A stretch of DNA of 64,000 bases, taken from Clostridia bacterium. GTDB taxonomy: Bacteria > Bacillota > Clostridia > Oscillospirales > CAG-272. Positions 61,089-64,000 of the stretch are shown in pieces. Below the pieces are notes generated by a model. The model saw only the letters and a program-made list of their open reading frames with translations, had not been told where the DNA came from and did not search any database. A program made the translations under genes and the position numbers. The stretch covers positions 9,705-73,704 of the forward strand of contig JAGASL010000061.1 in the NCBI GenBank assembly GCA_017621755.1. The letters run 5' to 3'. Each line of letters opens with the position of its first letter. Position 1 is the first letter of the stretch.

Positions 61089-61868
61089 ATGACCACCGGT
61101 ATTGTGCTTGGCGCGTATCCGATCCCGTATGCGGAGCAGATCGCCCTGATCAAAAAGCACGGCTTTTCTGCCGTTTTTCTTTCCTCCGGCTGCCGGGATA
61201 TCGAGCAGATCGTCACCCTTTGCGCCGAAAACGGGCTAAACATTGAAAGCTGCCACGCGCCCTTTGACCATATCAACGATATCTGGTACGATACGCCCGA
61301 GGGTGAGCGCATGCTCTCTTCGCTGCTGGACGCCGTGGATGAATGCCGGGACTACGGCATTCCGGTGCTGGTGGTGCATCTTTCCAGCGGCGAGAACCCG
61401 CCGCGCGTGAACGATCTCGGCCTTTCCCGCTTTGAGGCGCTGATGGCCCATGCCGCCGCCTGCGGCATCACGATCGCCTATGAAAACCAGCGCATGCTGG
61501 GCAACCTCTCGGTGGCGATGGAGGCCTTCCCATACGCCGCCTTCTGCTGGGATAACGGGCACGAGGCCTGCTTTACCGACGGCAAATGGGATTATATGTC
61601 CCTGTTTGGCGATCGCCTGGCCGCCATTCACATTCACGATAACCGCGCCACGCACAATGCCGATGATCACCGCCTGCCGGGGGATGGGTGCATTGATTTT
61701 ACAGGCGTGACCAAGAGGCTAGCTGCCTCCGGCTATGAAAATTCCTTGATGTTAGAGGTCTTTGCCAAGAACACCCCGGCCTATATGGAGATGGGGGCAG
61801 AGGCGTTCTACGCCCGCGCCGCCGCCGCGGCGCGCCGTCTGGCCGATGCCACAGAGGCAGCCCGCTAA
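61089..61868 (+). CDS. Sugar phosphate isomerase/epimerase (xylose-isomerase-like TIM barrel)
   Basis: Start moved to the ATG at 61089 after an AAGGAG RBS. Family-like pattern VVHLSSG, IAYENQ, FCWDNGHE, IHIHDN, LMLEV. Confidence 0.75.
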   Translation: MTTGIVLGAYPIPYAEQIALIKKHGFSAVFLSSGCRDIEQIVTLCAENGLNIESCHAPFDHINDIWYDTPEGERMLSSLLDAVDECRDYGIPVLVVHLSSGENPPRVNDLGLSRFEALMAHAAACGITIAYENQRMLGNLSVAMEAFPYAAFCWDNGHEACFTDGKWDYMSLFGDRLAAIHIHDNRATHNADDHRLPGDGCIDFTGVTKRLAASGYENSLMLEVFAKNTPAYMEMGAEAFYARAAAAARRLADATEAAR

Positions 61869-61873
61869 AAAAC

Positions 61874-61902
61874 GACCGCCAAGCGCAATGCGCTTGGCGG
61901 TC
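61874..61902. terminator. Bidirectional terminator between the isomerase gene and the GS gene
   Basis: GACCGCCAAGCGC-aat-GCGCTTGGCGGTC flanked by AAAAAA and TCTCTCTTTT. Confidence 0.75.
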
Positions 61903-61908
61903 TCTCTT

Positions 61909-63996
61909 TTAACGGTAGAACAGAATGTCGGTATACGAGGGGTAGGGCCAATAGTCGCTGGCCGTTTGGGTCTCGGCCTGATCAGCAACGGCACGCAGCG
62001 CGGCCATGGCGCCACGCACGTTGTCGCTATAGGCGCGTGCGCGCGCGGCCATATCCTCAAGGGCGGCAGCCTTTTTCATTTCGGCCTTCAGCGCCTCGGC
62101 GGCGGCGTAGATCTCATCAGACAGGGAACAAAGCGTTTCTGCCAGCGCACTCTCGGCACGGCAAGGAAGGCGCAGACTCTTTTTGTTAGCCAGGCCGGCT
62201 GCCAGGTGGTCGGTGTAGGCGAGCACGGCGGGCAAAATATCCCGCTCTGTCATTTCCAGCATAGTCTTTGCCTCTACCTCTATGCCCTTGGCCACCGCAT
62301 CCAGCATGATCTCGCAGCGCGAATGCAGCTCGGCGGCGGTGTAGATGCCGTGCTTTTCAAAGACGGCGACGTTTTCAGGATCCTCTAAATGAGGAATCGC
62401 CTCGGCGGCGGTGGCGTAGTTATGCAGGCCGCGGCGCGCGGCCTCCTGGCGCCATTCCTCCGAATAGCCGTTGCCGTTAAAGACGATACGCTTATGGGCG
62501 CGGTAGGTCTCCTGCGCAATGGCAGTCACCTCACCGTTGAAATCATCGGCCGTTTCCAGCCGGTCAGAGAACCGGTCAAGGATCTCGGAAACGATAGTGT
62601 TGAGCACCACGTTGGCATCCGCGATCGAGCAGCCGGAGCCCAGCATACGGAACTCGAATTTATTGCCGGTAAAGGCAAAGGGCGAGGTGCGGTTGCGGTC
62701 GGTATTATCCTTCGGGAACTTGGGCAGAACGCCTACGCCAATATCCAGGCGGCTATTCTCGTGCTTATCATAGGGGCGCCCCTCGGCTAAGCAATCTAAG
62801 ATCTCAGTCAGTTCATCGCCAAGGAACATAGAAAGAATAGCGGGCGGTGCCTCGTTGGCGCCCAGACGATGATCGTTTGAGGCGTTGGCCACCGAGATGC
62901 GCAGCAGGTCGGCATATTCGTCTACCGCGGCGATCACCGCCGTCAAAAAGAGCAGGAACTGCGCGTTATCCGCCGGCGAATCACCCGGCTCCAGCAGGTT
63001 GATGCCGTGTGAGGTAGCGATCGACCAGTTGTTATGCTTGCCCGAGCCGTTGACACAGAAGAAGGGCTTTTCATGCAAAATGCAGACAAGGCCGTGCTTG
63101 CGCGCTACGCGCTTCATCATCTCCATGGTCAGCTGGTTGTGGTCGCAGGCCATGTTGGTGGTGCAGAAGATGGGGGCCAGCTCGTGCTGGCAGGGGGCTG
63201 CCTCGTTATGCTCCGTCTTGGCCATGACGCCCAGCTTCCAAAGCTCAAGGTCCAATTCGTCCATAAAGGCCTTAACGCGGGGCTTGATAGCACCGAAATA
63301 ATGCTCGGAAAGCGCCTGGCTCTTCGGTGGCGGCGCGCCGAACAGCGTGCGGTCGCACAGGCGCAGGTCGGGCCGCTCGTCATACAGCTCCTGCGGGATC
63401 AGAAAATACTCCTGCTCCGCGCCTACGGTGGGATTGATGGTGCCGATGCCGGTCTTACCGAACAGCGACATCAGGCGCCTGGCCGAGCGGCGCAGGCACT
63501 CCATCGAGCGCAGCAGCGGTGTCTTGGCATCTAACGCCTCGCCGCTGAAGGAGCAGAAGGCGGTGGGAATGTAGAGTGTTTTATCCCGCACGAAGGCAGA
63601 GGAGGTTGGGTCCCAGGCGGTGTAGCCACGCGCCTCAAAGGTGGCACGCAGGCCGCCATTGGGGAAGGAGGAGGCATCCGGCTCGCCACGCACAAGCGAC
63701 TTGCCAGAGAACTTCATAATAACCTGTCCATCCTCACCCGGCTCGATAAAGCTATCATGCTTTTCAGCAGTAATGCCGTTGAGCGGCTGGAACCAATGCG
63801 TGAAGTGGGTAGCCCCCAGCTCCATCGCCCAGCACTTCATGGCCTCGGCCACGGGGTTGGCGATATCGATATTCAGCGGTGTGCCGCGGCGGATGGTATG
63901 CCGCAGGGTGGTATAGATCTCCTCCGGCAGGCGTGCCTTCATTTCCTTGTCGCCAAACACCATGCACCCAAACAGCTCCGGGATGCGACTTGCCAT
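61909..63996 (-). CDS. glnN: Glutamine synthetase, type III
   Basis: 695 aa. GSIII-type N-terminus (FGCMVFGDKEMKARLPEEIY ... THFTHWFQPLNGITAEKHDSF) and a catalytic region (NGSGKHNNWS). The ORF is complete, but its promoter lies outside the window. Confidence 0.88.
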   Translation of the reverse strand: MASRIPELFGCMVFGDKEMKARLPEEIYTTLRHTIRRGTPLNIDIANPVAEAMKCWAMELGATHFTHWFQPLNGITAEKHDSFIEPGEDGQVIMKFSGKSLVRGEPDASSFPNGGLRATFEARGYTAWDPTSSAFVRDKTLYIPTAFCSFSGEALDAKTPLLRSMECLRRSARRLMSLFGKTGIGTINPTVGAEQEYFLIPQELYDERPDLRLCDRTLFGAPPPKSQALSEHYFGAIKPRVKAFMDELDLELWKLGVMAKTEHNEAAPCQHELAPIFCTTNMACDHNQLTMEMMKRVARKHGLVCILHEKPFFCVNGSGKHNNWSIATSHGINLLEPGDSPADNAQFLLFLTAVIAAVDEYADLLRISVANASNDHRLGANEAPPAILSMFLGDELTEILDCLAEGRPYDKHENSRLDIGVGVLPKFPKDNTDRNRTSPFAFTGNKFEFRMLGSGCSIADANVVLNTIVSEILDRFSDRLETADDFNGEVTAIAQETYRAHKRIVFNGNGYSEEWRQEAARRGLHNYATAAEAIPHLEDPENVAVFEKHGIYTAAELHSRCEIMLDAVAKGIEVEAKTMLEMTERDILPAVLAYTDHLAAGLANKKSLRLPCRAESALAETLCSLSDEIYAAAEALKAEMKKAAALEDMAARARAYSDNVRGAMAALRAVADQAETQTASDYWPYPSYTDILFYR

Positions 63997-64000
63997 TTCC

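Noticed and set aside
60104-61868. A prophage or genomic-island boundary suggested by the CI-like repressor.
   Set aside because: There is no integrase, att-like repeat, tRNA target or phage structural gene. The flanks are rpoB and metabolic genes with similar composition.

Overview
GC-rich chromosomal segment that reads like the core genome of an anaerobic Firmicute (Clostridia-like). Supporting signals are a T-box leader, an FMN riboswitch, NrdR boxes, AGGAGG-type RBSs and TTGACA/TATAAT promoters. I support about 50 protein genes.

Gene content in order:
- 86-9107: a carbohydrate island with GH2, a Gfo/Idh/MocA oxidoreductase, AraC, PadR, a GH78-like rhamnosidase and a CN-hydrolase::GDPD fusion.
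- 9517-13565: trxB and the anaerobic ribonucleotide reductase genes nrdD and nrdG.
- 13857-16887: a T-box-controlled ABC importer of the COG2984/COG4120/COG1101 type.
- 16996-22495: a 1788-aa secreted metallophosphoesterase/LamG protein with a translationally coupled 43-codon ORF.
- 22768-27183: a CPBP protease, a serine acetyltransferase and an OmpR/HK two-component pair.
- 27217-36628: ligA, ldh, an aminotransferase, a DUF4349 lipoprotein, proS, a degenerate BirA-like protein and an M50 protease.
- 36826-45511: potABCD, then rpmH-rnpA-yidD-yidC-jag-mnmE.
- 46470-59737: ribU behind an FMN riboswitch, rpsL-rpsG-fusA-tuf and rpoB-rpoC.
- 60188-63996: an XRE/S24 repressor, a sugar-phosphate isomerase and a type III glutamine synthetase.

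I saw no rRNA, tRNA, CRISPR array, transposase, integrase or recognisable defence genes, and no convincing new multi-gene system.

The items most worth a second look are:
1. A 358-nt hairpin-rich insert inside a split bidirectional terminator, with a 4+4 array of 9-mers (9111-9510).
2. A MITE-like element with perfect 27-bp inverted repeats and a TACT duplication, sitting between the ligA promoter and its start codon (29249-29534).
3. An nrdG-nrdD-trxB cluster in which NrdD carries a C-terminal CPNC thioredoxin-fold domain.
4. The giant secreted protein and its coupled acidic micro-ORF.

All family assignments come from motifs read by eye. No database search was run.
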